From: Ignavibacteriales bacterium
GTDB taxonomy: Bacteria > Bacteroidota > Ignavibacteria > UBA10030
Direction of reading: 5' to 3'
Assembly (NCBI GenBank): GCA_026390595.1
Contig: JAPLFQ010000019.1
Span: forward strand, 41,860-105,859
DNA length: 64,000 nucleotides
Shown here one piece after another: positions 1 through 8,754 of the stretch. Positions within the stretch are counted from its first letter, which is position 1; every line of letters begins with the position of its first letter. Position numbers and translations under genes: made by a program. The notes under the pieces were generated by a model. That model was given only the letters and a program-made list of their open reading frames with translations. It ran no database searches and was not told where the DNA came from.

Positions 1-573
1 GTAACGCTCTCAGGACCCGACGGATACGTGTACGACAAAGAAGGCGTGAAGGGGGAGAAAGTTGACTACATGCTTCAACTGCGCTCCAGCGCCAACGACC
101 GGGTGAAAGACTACGCGGACAAGTTCAAAGTCGAATTCTTCCCCGGCAAGAGACCCTGGGTTGTGAAAGCGGATGTCGCCTTGCCGTGCGCAACGCAGAA
201 CGAGCTGGACGTGGAAGACGCAAAAGAGCTGGTGAAAAACGGCTGCCTGTGTGTCTGTGAAGGCGCGAACATGCCGACGACAGTCGCCGCCATCAAGATC
301 CTTCTTGACGCGAAGGTGCTCTACTCGCCGGGCAAGGCATCGAACGCCGGCGGTGTTGCCACTTCGGGACTTGAAATGAGCCAGAACAGCATGCGCCTGC
401 CCTGGCCCAGGGAGGAAGTTGACCAGCGGTTGCATCAGATCATGAAGAACATTCACCGCACATGCCTTGAGACGGCCGAGAAGTACGGCACACCGGGCAA
501 CTATATGAACGGTGCGAACATTGCCGGCTTCCTCAAGGTGGCGGATGCGATGATGGACCAGGGATTGGTCTAG
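1..573 (+). CDS. gdhA: Glutamate dehydrogenase, family I (3' part only; 5' end lies before the window)
   Basis: Frame is open from base 1 (VTLSGPDGYVYD...). Motifs PCATQNE, EGANMP, GKASNAGGVATSGLEMSQNS and the C-terminal GANIAGFLKVADAMMDQG. Confidence 0.95.
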   Translation, partial: VTLSGPDGYVYDKEGVKGEKVDYMLQLRSSANDRVKDYADKFKVEFFPGKRPWVVKADVALPCATQNELDVEDAKELVKNGCLCVCEGANMPTTVAAIKILLDAKVLYSPGKASNAGGVATSGLEMSQNSMRLPWPREEVDQRLHQIMKNIHRTCLETAEKYGTPGNYMNGANIAGFLKVADAMMDQGLV

Positions 574-794
574 CGCAGCAGCATGCAATCTGCGGGAAAC
601 ACCTGCAATGTCAGCAGGAGAGCGGTGTGACTCTCGAATGACCGCTCGCGGAGAAAAGGCGTACAACTCTTGGGTTCTTTCACAGCATTGACTGTATGAG
701 ACTCGTCCTAAGGGTCGTTACGCCTTTTCTTTTGTGGGGAGAACCGATCCGATGCCTCTCCGCCTACACAAACTGTATCGTTTAACCAGAGGTC

Positions 795-3794
795 ATGTTG
801 TTGTCAGCCATAAAAGCCTTGGACCCGATCAAGGGTCTTGACTATTTTGACACCCGCGTCAAGTCGTTTCAGAAACTGATGCGGTTCAAGATCCGGGACA
901 TCCTTCTTGTCTCGAGTCTGTACGACCAGTACCTCTTCGAAGAAGACGGCCGGCTCTATGAGCTCATCCGCCAGGAATTCCAGGCCCTCAACCTCAGTCA
1001 GACTCCCGACATCACTCACGTTACCAGCGGATCAGAGGCCGTCGAACTCGCTTTGACGGAGCAGCGCTTTGATCTCATCATCGCTACCCTGCACATCGAG
1101 GACATGCACGTCATCAAGTTTGCGAAGATGGCGCGTCAGGCAGGGATCAATGTTCCGATTATTTTGCTCGCGTATGACAACCGTGAGCGCAAGGAACTGG
1201 TGACGAATTATGACGCCTCGATTTTCGACCGTATTTTCATTTGGCAGGGGGATTATCATCTTCTGCTTGGTATTATCAAGTATGTCGAAGATCGGATGAA
1301 CGTCGAAAGCGACACGCAGGCGGTCGGAGTCCAGTCGATCATCCTCGTCGAAGACAACGTCAGTTTCTACTCCTCGTATCTCCCTGTCATCTACACGGAG
1401 ATCCTGAACCAATCCAAACGGCTGCTGTCGGAGGGGGTAAATCTCACACACAAGTTCCTCCGGATGCGGGCCCGCCCGAAGATTCTGCTCTGCACGACGT
1501 TTGAGGAAGCGTGGGCGTACTACGAAAAGTACCAGGATTTCATCCTTGGCATCATCTCCGATATCAACTTCAAGCGGGGCGGGGTCAAGGACCCGGAGGC
1601 CGGATTCACCTTTGCCAGGATGGTCCGTGAGCGGCACGAGGACATACCGATTCTTCTCCAGAGCAGCAATGCGGAATTCGCAGAACGGGCCCGGGAGATC
1701 GGAATCTCGTTCGTTCAGAAGACATCTCCGAGGTTGAGGCAGGAGCTGCGCGATTTCATGCTGAACAACTTCGGCTTTGGCGACTTTGTGTTCCGGACGC
1801 GCGATGGCAACGAGGTCGGCCGGGCTCACAACTTGAAAACGCTGGAAGAGCAACTTCACGTCGTGCCCGACGAGAGCATTCTCCTGCATGCCGAGCGCAA
1901 TCACTTTTCCAACTGGCTGAAAGCAAGGACGGAATTCTGGCTCGCCCACCGGCTGAGACCGCGAAAAATCACAGATTTTGATTCCATCGACGGCCTCAGG
2001 AATGAACTCATCAATTCACTGGGGTTTTACCGGGAAATTCAACAGCGGGGGGTGATCACCGAGTTTCACAAAGAATCGTACGATGTGAAGGGGAGTTTTG
2101 CGAGGATGGGCCTCGGTTCGCTGGGGGGGAAGGCGCGCGGGCTTGGATTCATCAACACCCTCATCACAAACTACCACATCGACCAGAAATTCGAAAACGT
2201 CGAAATCTCTGTCCCGTCGGCAGTCGTGATCGCGACGGATGTGTTTGACAGGTTTCTCGAGCGCAATGATCTTGAGCAGTTTGCACTGCATGCCACTGAT
2301 GATAATGAACTCAACAAGCGGTTCCTCGATGCGCCTCATTTCCCGGAGGATATCGTCCAGAAACTGACCGAATTCCTGGAGATTAATCACGAACCCCTTG
2401 CCGTCCGCTCGTCAAGCCTCTTGGAAGACTCACAATATCAGCCGTTCGCAGGAGTCTATGAAACGTTCATGATCCCGAACAACAACCCGGATCCTGCCAT
2501 CCGGCTCCGGGAGTTGCTTCAGAGCATCAAGCTTGTGTACGCTTCGACGTTCTCGCACAGCGCTAAAGACTACATGAAGGCAACCGCCTACCAGTTGGCG
2601 GAAGAGAAAATGGCGGTGATCATACAGCGCATGGTGGGGTCACGACACCACAACCGGTTCTATCCTGCCTTCGCTGGTGTCGCCAAGTCGTACAATTTCT
2701 ATCCGGTGCCTCCCCAGGATTCTTCCGATGGAATCGTCCATGTCGCTCTGGGTCTCGGAAAAATGGTCGTCGATGGCGGAAATGCAGTTCGTTTCTGCCC
2801 GAAGTATCCCCGACATCTCCTGCAGTTTTTCTCGACAACAGAAACGATCCGCAATGCGCAGCAGGAATTCCTTGCACTCGACCTGGATGGCGGCTTCGAT
2901 CACAAGCAGGATGAATCACCGGATGTCTTTGTGCAGCGGTATGACCTGAGCAAGGCGGAGGAAGACCAGACCTTGTTCTACGTCGGGTCCACCTACTCGT
3001 CGGAGAACGACTCGGTATACGACGGCGTGTCGCGGAGCGGCAAACGGGTCGTGACCTTTGCCCCCATCCTCAAACACAAGATATTCCCTCTTGCCGAGAT
3101 TCTTGAACTGATACTCGACATGGGCACGTGGGGCATGGGGACGCATGTGGAGATAGAGTTCGCCGTCAACATGAGTGTGCCCGACGGCAAGCCCAAGGAG
3201 TTTGCGCTCCTGCAAATCCGTCCGCTCGTCCTGAGTCTTGAGGCAGAAGAGCTGAATGTCGACAACATCGCGCAGGAAGATGTGATCTGTCAGAGCAGGC
3301 AGGTGCTCGGCAACGGGGCCATCACGAATCTGCATGACGTCGTCGTTGTTGATATCGACCGCTTCGATAGGGCGAAGAGCCGCGATGTGGCCACTGAGCT
3401 CAGCGCGATCAACGCAAAGCTCACGGGACTCAAGATCCCATACGTGCTCATCGGCGTTGGACGGTGGGGAAGCCTTGACCCTTGGCTGGGGATTCCCGTC
3501 ACGTGGGACCAGATCTCAGGTGCGAGTGTCATTGTGGAGTCAGGATTCAAGGATTTCAACGTCACACCTTCGCAGGGATCTCATTTCTTCCAGAATATCA
3601 CGTCGTTCCGGATTGGCTATTTCACGGTCAACTCGTTCAGCAATCTCGGGTTTATCGATTGGGATTGGCTTTCGAAACAGCCAGCCGTCGAGGAAATGTC
3701 ATATATTCGTCATCTTCGGTTTGAAGATCCGATTACCGTTCGGATCAACGGTCACAAAAACATGGGGATTATTCTCAAACCTAAGAAATCATGA
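795..3794 (+). CDS. PEP/pyruvate-binding (PPDK_N ATP-grasp) domain protein with two N-terminal receiver-like domains and a DUF5752-like segment; paralog 1
   Basis: REC-like ILVEDN...IISD...ILLQSS...FVQK. DUF5752-like RAHNL..L..VPDESI..H...NHFSNWL. PPDK_N motifs GGKARGL, AVRSSSLLED, FAGVYET, ALGLGKMVVDGG, EIEFA, LLQIRP. C-terminal PSQGSHFFQN. Confidence 0.9.
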   Translation: MLLSAIKALDPIKGLDYFDTRVKSFQKLMRFKIRDILLVSSLYDQYLFEEDGRLYELIRQEFQALNLSQTPDITHVTSGSEAVELALTEQRFDLIIATLHIEDMHVIKFAKMARQAGINVPIILLAYDNRERKELVTNYDASIFDRIFIWQGDYHLLLGIIKYVEDRMNVESDTQAVGVQSIILVEDNVSFYSSYLPVIYTEILNQSKRLLSEGVNLTHKFLRMRARPKILLCTTFEEAWAYYEKYQDFILGIISDINFKRGGVKDPEAGFTFARMVRERHEDIPILLQSSNAEFAERAREIGISFVQKTSPRLRQELRDFMLNNFGFGDFVFRTRDGNEVGRAHNLKTLEEQLHVVPDESILLHAERNHFSNWLKARTEFWLAHRLRPRKITDFDSIDGLRNELINSLGFYREIQQRGVITEFHKESYDVKGSFARMGLGSLGGKARGLGFINTLITNYHIDQKFENVEISVPSAVVIATDVFDRFLERNDLEQFALHATDDNELNKRFLDAPHFPEDIVQKLTEFLEINHEPLAVRSSSLLEDSQYQPFAGVYETFMIPNNNPDPAIRLRELLQSIKLVYASTFSHSAKDYMKATAYQLAEEKMAVIIQRMVGSRHHNRFYPAFAGVAKSYNFYPVPPQDSSDGIVHVALGLGKMVVDGGNAVRFCPKYPRHLLQFFSTTETIRNAQQEFLALDLDGGFDHKQDESPDVFVQRYDLSKAEEDQTLFYVGSTYSSENDSVYDGVSRSGKRVVTFAPILKHKIFPLAEILELILDMGTWGMGTHVEIEFAVNMSVPDGKPKEFALLQIRPLVLSLEAEELNVDNIAQEDVICQSRQVLGNGAITNLHDVVVVDIDRFDRAKSRDVATELSAINAKLTGLKIPYVLIGVGRWGSLDPWLGIPVTWDQISGASVIVESGFKDFNVTPSQGSHFFQNITSFRIGYFTVNSFSNLGFIDWDWLSKQPAVEEMSYIRHLRFEDPITVRINGHKNMGIILKPKKS

Positions 3795-3947
3795 TTTGTC
3801 TGACGCAGTGGTTGGCGCTCTGATAATCGCTTCTTGAGAGTACATAATTCGTTTCGTTCGTTCTATCACCTAAGTCCTCGTTCCTCATATGCATTACCGT
3901 TGCATAGCAGGACAATCGCAATACCACACATCTATCAGGAGGGTTTT

Positions 3948-5309
3948 ATGTCTGATTATGTAAAAGATCTGATGGCTGAAGTAAAAGCGAAGAACCCGGC
4001 CCAGCCGGAGTTTCACCAGGCGGTTCAGGAGGTCGTGGAATCGCTCGCGTTGGTCTTTGAGAGGCATCCCGAATATCGCACGGCGAAGATACTTGAGCGC
4101 ATTATTGAACCTGAGCGAGTGATCACATTCCGCGTCGCGTGGGTTGACGATCAGGGCGAGGTGCAGATCAATCGCGGTTACAGAATTCAGATGAACAGCG
4201 CAATCGGACCCTACAAGGGAGGTCTGCGATTCCATCCTTCCGTGACTCTCGGCATATTGAAGTTCCTTGCCTTCGAGCAGGTATTCAAAAACAGTCTGAC
4301 GACGCTCCCGATGGGCGGCGGCAAAGGCGGATCGGATTTCGATCCAAAAGGGAAGAGCGATCTTAAAATCATGCGATTCTGCCAGGCTTTCATGTCGGAG
4401 CTGTTCCGGCATGTCGGACCCGAGACGGATGTCCCCGCAGGTGATATCGGAGTCGGCGGAAGAGAGATTGGATATTTGTTTGGCCAGTACAAGAAGCTTA
4501 GAAACGAATTCACCGGTGTCCTGACGGGGAAGGGTCTGAATTGGGGCGGTTCGCTCATTCGTCCCGAAGCCACGGGCTACGGCGCTGTGTATTTCGCGTC
4601 TGAAATGCTGACGACACGCGGGAAGACACTCGAAGGAAAAACGTGCCTCGTTTCCGGGAGCGGAAACGTTGCCCAGTACACGGTCGAGAAAATCAACCAA
4701 CTGGGAGGCAAGGCGGTAACGTTGTCAGATTCGAACGGCTATATCTATGATGAGGCCGGAATCACAAAGGAGAAGCTCGCGTACGTCATGGAGTTGAAGA
4801 ACGTCCGCCGCGGAAGGATCCAGGAGTACGCGGAGAAATTCAAGGGCTCAGTCTATACGCCGCTGGATGCGAAGATGGACAGCAATCCTCTCTGGAACCA
4901 CAAGGCGGATTGCGCCTTCCCGAGCGCGACGCAAAATGAGATCAACGGCAAGGATGCGCAGAACCTCATCCGGAACGGCGTGTATGTGGTCAGTGAGGGC
5001 GCGAACATGCCGACGACGATTGACGGCGTGAAACTGTTTCTCGACGCGAAGATCCTGTACGGTCCCGGCAAGGCCGCGAACGCAGGTGGTGTGGCCACAT
5101 CAGGGCTGGAAATGTCGCAGAATAGCATGCGCCTGTCCTGGACCCGCGAAGAAGTCGACAATCGTTTGCGCATGATCATGCACAGCATTCACTCGACCTG
5201 TGTGCAGAGCGCCGAGCGGTTCGGCACGCCGGGCAATTATGTCAACGGCGCCAATATCGGCGGTTTCCTGAAAGTTGCAGATGCAATGATGGATCAGGGA
5301 GTCGTGTAA
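3948..5309 (+). CDS. gdhA: Glutamate dehydrogenase, family I, probably NADP-specific
   Basis: CAGGAG SD before ATG 3948 (MSDYVKDLM). Motifs GPYKGGLRFHP, MGGGKGGSDFDPKGKS, VPAGDIGVGGRE, RPEATGYG, SGSGNVAQY, SDSNG. Confidence 0.96.
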   Translation: MSDYVKDLMAEVKAKNPAQPEFHQAVQEVVESLALVFERHPEYRTAKILERIIEPERVITFRVAWVDDQGEVQINRGYRIQMNSAIGPYKGGLRFHPSVTLGILKFLAFEQVFKNSLTTLPMGGGKGGSDFDPKGKSDLKIMRFCQAFMSELFRHVGPETDVPAGDIGVGGREIGYLFGQYKKLRNEFTGVLTGKGLNWGGSLIRPEATGYGAVYFASEMLTTRGKTLEGKTCLVSGSGNVAQYTVEKINQLGGKAVTLSDSNGYIYDEAGITKEKLAYVMELKNVRRGRIQEYAEKFKGSVYTPLDAKMDSNPLWNHKADCAFPSATQNEINGKDAQNLIRNGVYVVSEGANMPTTIDGVKLFLDAKILYGPGKAANAGGVATSGLEMSQNSMRLSWTREEVDNRLRMIMHSIHSTCVQSAERFGTPGNYVNGANIGGFLKVADAMMDQGVV

Positions 5310-5340
5310 CACCCTGTTTGCGGTAGAATGAACGTGACGA

Positions 5341-5370
5341 CGGAGAGGCGGAGATGCCTCCGTCTCTCCG
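5341..5370 (+). terminator. Strong GC hairpin after gdhA (terminator or stability element)
   Basis: CGGAGAGGCGGAG-ATGC-CTCCGTCTCTCCG stem; no clear U-tract. Confidence 0.45.
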
Positions 5371-5498
5371 GTAGTCTCCATACACCTATCTCGGAAACAG
5401 CTGTCGCAGGAACAGCAGTTTCACGCCTCGACGCATAGCCGCTGGCAATCTTCACCTATTTCCTTTCTTTGCGTCATGGGGCCTTCGCGTGACAGTCC

Positions 5499-8400
5499 TT
5501 GAGATACTTGGTATCACCTATTCCGACCGAGAGCTCCGTGAAGACAGAATTTGATGAGCTGAAATCTACCTCCGATACACTCTGGGTCGAGCACGGCTAC
5601 GGAGACCGCTTCCAGGGATTCCAGAATCTCATGCGGCTCCGGATTCGGGATGTCCTGCTGGTCTCGAGCCTCTATGATCTTTACCTCTTTGAAGAGGATG
5701 GAAGGCTCTACGAGCTCATCCGGAATGAATACCAGGGATTCAACCTCAGTCACTCACCCGAATTGACGCGCGTCTCCAGCGGATATGAGGCTCTCGCGCT
5801 TGCAAAGGAAGAGAGACGGTTTGACCTCATCATCACGACGCTCCATATCGACGACATGCACGCGATCGATTTCGCGCGCATGGTGAAGGAGGCGGGCATC
5901 AACATCCCGATTGTCCTGCTGACCCACGACAACCGGGAGCTCAAGTACCTGCTGATGAACCATGACACCTCGATGTTCGAGAAAGTGTTCATCTGGCAGG
6001 GGGATTTCCGCATCATTATCGCCATCATCAAGTCCATCGAAGACAAGATCAATGTCGACCATGACACGCGCATGGTCGGTGTGCAGACTATTATCGTCAT
6101 CGAAGACAGCGTCAAATACTATTCGTCGTTTCTCCCCAGTATCTACACAGAGATTCTGAAGCAGTCCCAGGCGCTCATTTCCGAAGGGATCAATCTGACG
6201 CATAAGTTTCTCCGGATGAGGGCGCGGCCGAAGATCCTCCTTTGCTCCACGTATGAGGAGGCTTGGGATTACTACGTTCGATACAGTGAATATATGCTGG
6301 GTATCATCTCGGACATTGATTTTCCCCGCGGCGGGGTGCAGGATCCGAGGGCCGGACTCGCGTTTGCCAGGGGAGTCAAGGATCGTCAGCCCGACCTGCC
6401 TATCCTTCTGCTGTCGAACATGCCGGAAAATGAGTCCCTGGCGCATGCCCGGGGTGCAGCGTTCCTTGTCAAAGACTCTCCGCTCCTGCTGAACGAGCTG
6501 AGAAAATTCATGATCCAGTACTTCAGCTTCGGTGATTTCGTATTCCGTACTCCGGAAGGGGTCGAAGTCGGGCGTGCGAATGACCTCAAGAGCCTCGAAG
6601 AACAGCTGACGATCGTCCCGGAGGCGAGCGTCCGGTATCACGCGGAGCGCAATCACTTCTCCAACTGGCTGAAGGCAAGAACGGAATTCTGGCTCGCCCA
6701 TCAGTTGAGGCCTCGAAAGGTCTCGGATTATGATACCGTTGAAGGACTGAGGCAGGATCTCATACGATCGCTCAACCACTACAGGAATATCCGTCAGCGC
6801 GGAATCATTGCGGACTTCGTCAAGGAGTCATTCGATCCGGCGAGCAGCTTTGCCCGCATCGGGGGCGGTTCGCTTGGTGGCAAGGCGAGGGGGCTGGGAT
6901 TTGTCAACACCTTGATCAACGACTACAAGGTCCGCAACCGGTTCGACAATGTGCAGATTTACGTCCCTGCAGCCGTGGTCATCGGCACGGATGTCTTCGA
7001 TGAGTTCCTGACCGACAACAATCTGCGGAAGTTCGCGATGAACTGCACGGACGACAAAGAGATTACAAAGAGGTTTGTCGAGGCGAGCAGGTTCCCGGAA
7101 GCAGTGCTGGGTGAGCTTGCGGCATTTCTGGACATCGTGCGTTCGCCCATCGCAGTCCGTTCTTCAAGCCTGCTGGAGGACTCTCAATACCATCCGTTTG
7201 CCGGGGTCTATGAAACGTACATGATCCCGAACAACAATCCGAATCCTCTCATCCGCCTCAACGATGTGATCAACAGCATCAAGCGGGTCTACGCGTCGAC
7301 CTTTTACCAGAGCGCGAAAGACTATATCAAGATTACGACGTACCGCCTTGAAGAAGAGAAGATGGCAGTAATCGTCCAGAGACTGGCAGGGTCGGAGCAT
7401 GAAAACCGCTTCTACCCGGATATTTCGGGCGTTGCGAAATCATACAACTTCTATCCGCTCGCTCCCCAGAAATCGTCCGATGGAATCGTCTCGGCGGCCC
7501 TCGGACTCGGGAAGACTGTAGTCGATGGCGGCAATACCGTCCGTTTCTGCCCCAAGTATCCAAACGACGTCATTCAATTCTATTCCGTCGAAGAAACCCT
7601 GAACAGTTCCCAGAAAGATTTCTTTGCGCTTCAATTGGACGCCCATTCGGATTTTGGATTTGAAACGCATGACGTCCACGTGCAGAAATATGGTCTGGAC
7701 GTCGCTGAGCGGGATGGCACGATGGCATACGTCGGGGCTACATACTCGCCGGAAAGTGACGTCATCACAGACGGTCTTGGAAGAAGCGGATCGCGCGTGG
7801 TGACGTTTGGACCGATCCTCCGCAACCGATCGCTCCATCTCCCCCAGATTCTTGAATTGTTGCTCGATATGGGGACATGGGGCATGGGAACGCCGGTGGA
7901 GATCGAATTCGCGATGGTTATGTCCGGACGCAATGCGGGTCCGAATGAATTCGCCTTGCTCCAAATGAGGCCGCTCGTCGTTCACAGGGAGCCGGAGGAG
8001 CTCAACGTGGAGGAATTCAAGCCGGCCCAGCTCATCTGCGAGAGCACTCAGGTTCTTGGGAACGGGCTGATCGAAGATATCCAGGATATTGTCTTTGTCG
8101 ACATCGAGTTGTTCGATCGTTCGCAATCGCGCGAAGTGGCAAAGGAAGTCAGTATTATGAACAGCCGGCTGATCGCTGAGCAGCGTCCGTATCTTCTGAT
8201 TGGAATCGGGCGCTGGGGATCCATGGATGACTGGCTGGGAATCCCGGTTACGTGGGAGCAGATCGCAGGTGCCCGTGCAATTGTCGAGACCGGGTTCCAG
8301 GAAATGTCTGTGGCCCCCTCGCAGGGCTCGCATTTCTTTCAGAACATCACCTCGTTCATGATAGGCTATTTTACAATCGATCCGCACAACAACAAAGGTC

Positions 8401-8549
8401 TTCTCGATTGGGATTGGCTGCTGAGCCAGAAACCAATCGAGAAGTTGAAGTTCACTAAACTCGTTCGATTTGAAAAACCTCTCGTTATCAAAATCAACGG
8501 CCACCAGAGCAAGGGAGTCATCTTGAAACCAGAGGCGGAGCATGACTAA
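5499..8549 (+). CDS. PEP/pyruvate-binding (PPDK_N) domain protein with receiver-like domains; paralog 2 (start uncertain, GTG 5538 possible)
   Basis: Same architecture as 795..3794 with long identical runs (LFEEDGRLYELIR, ERNHFSNWLKARTEFWLAH, RSSSLLEDSQY, PSQGSHFFQNITSF). Confidence 0.9.
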   Translation: MRYLVSPIPTESSVKTEFDELKSTSDTLWVEHGYGDRFQGFQNLMRLRIRDVLLVSSLYDLYLFEEDGRLYELIRNEYQGFNLSHSPELTRVSSGYEALALAKEERRFDLIITTLHIDDMHAIDFARMVKEAGINIPIVLLTHDNRELKYLLMNHDTSMFEKVFIWQGDFRIIIAIIKSIEDKINVDHDTRMVGVQTIIVIEDSVKYYSSFLPSIYTEILKQSQALISEGINLTHKFLRMRARPKILLCSTYEEAWDYYVRYSEYMLGIISDIDFPRGGVQDPRAGLAFARGVKDRQPDLPILLLSNMPENESLAHARGAAFLVKDSPLLLNELRKFMIQYFSFGDFVFRTPEGVEVGRANDLKSLEEQLTIVPEASVRYHAERNHFSNWLKARTEFWLAHQLRPRKVSDYDTVEGLRQDLIRSLNHYRNIRQRGIIADFVKESFDPASSFARIGGGSLGGKARGLGFVNTLINDYKVRNRFDNVQIYVPAAVVIGTDVFDEFLTDNNLRKFAMNCTDDKEITKRFVEASRFPEAVLGELAAFLDIVRSPIAVRSSSLLEDSQYHPFAGVYETYMIPNNNPNPLIRLNDVINSIKRVYASTFYQSAKDYIKITTYRLEEEKMAVIVQRLAGSEHENRFYPDISGVAKSYNFYPLAPQKSSDGIVSAALGLGKTVVDGGNTVRFCPKYPNDVIQFYSVEETLNSSQKDFFALQLDAHSDFGFETHDVHVQKYGLDVAERDGTMAYVGATYSPESDVITDGLGRSGSRVVTFGPILRNRSLHLPQILELLLDMGTWGMGTPVEIEFAMVMSGRNAGPNEFALLQMRPLVVHREPEELNVEEFKPAQLICESTQVLGNGLIEDIQDIVFVDIELFDRSQSREVAKEVSIMNSRLIAEQRPYLLIGIGRWGSMDDWLGIPVTWEQIAGARAIVETGFQEMSVAPSQGSHFFQNITSFMIGYFTIDPHNNKGLLDWDWLLSQKPIEKLKFTKLVRFEKPLVIKINGHQSKGVILKPEAEHD

Positions 8550-8754
8550 GACAAGTGGTCAATCGGGATCAAAAGCAGTTGATGTGTGCCCTCACTGCGG
8601 CGCCCATCTGAGCCCATGGCAGCAGGTGCTGCTGGGAGTTGATCGGGCCCTGATGTGCAGGAACTGTTGGTATCGGATCGTGATCGACGCGACCGACGAG
8701 GAGCAGGGGGGGAAGCCGGATGACACGTCACCATCGAAGGACGACAAGAAATGA
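8542..8754 (+). CDS. Small Zn-ribbon-like protein (70 aa)
   Basis: CPHC...CRNC motif and an SD-like GAGGCGGAG. Start overlaps the upstream stop and its stop overlaps the downstream start (ATGA). Confidence 0.75.
   Translation: MTKTSGQSGSKAVDVCPHCGAHLSPWQQVLLGVDRALMCRNCWYRIVIDATDEEQGGKPDDTSPSKDDKK

Noticed and set aside
795..8549. Calling the two large proteins ppsA (PEP synthase)
   Set aside because: No C-terminal PEP-utilising TIM barrel and no canonical GGxTSHAAI motif.
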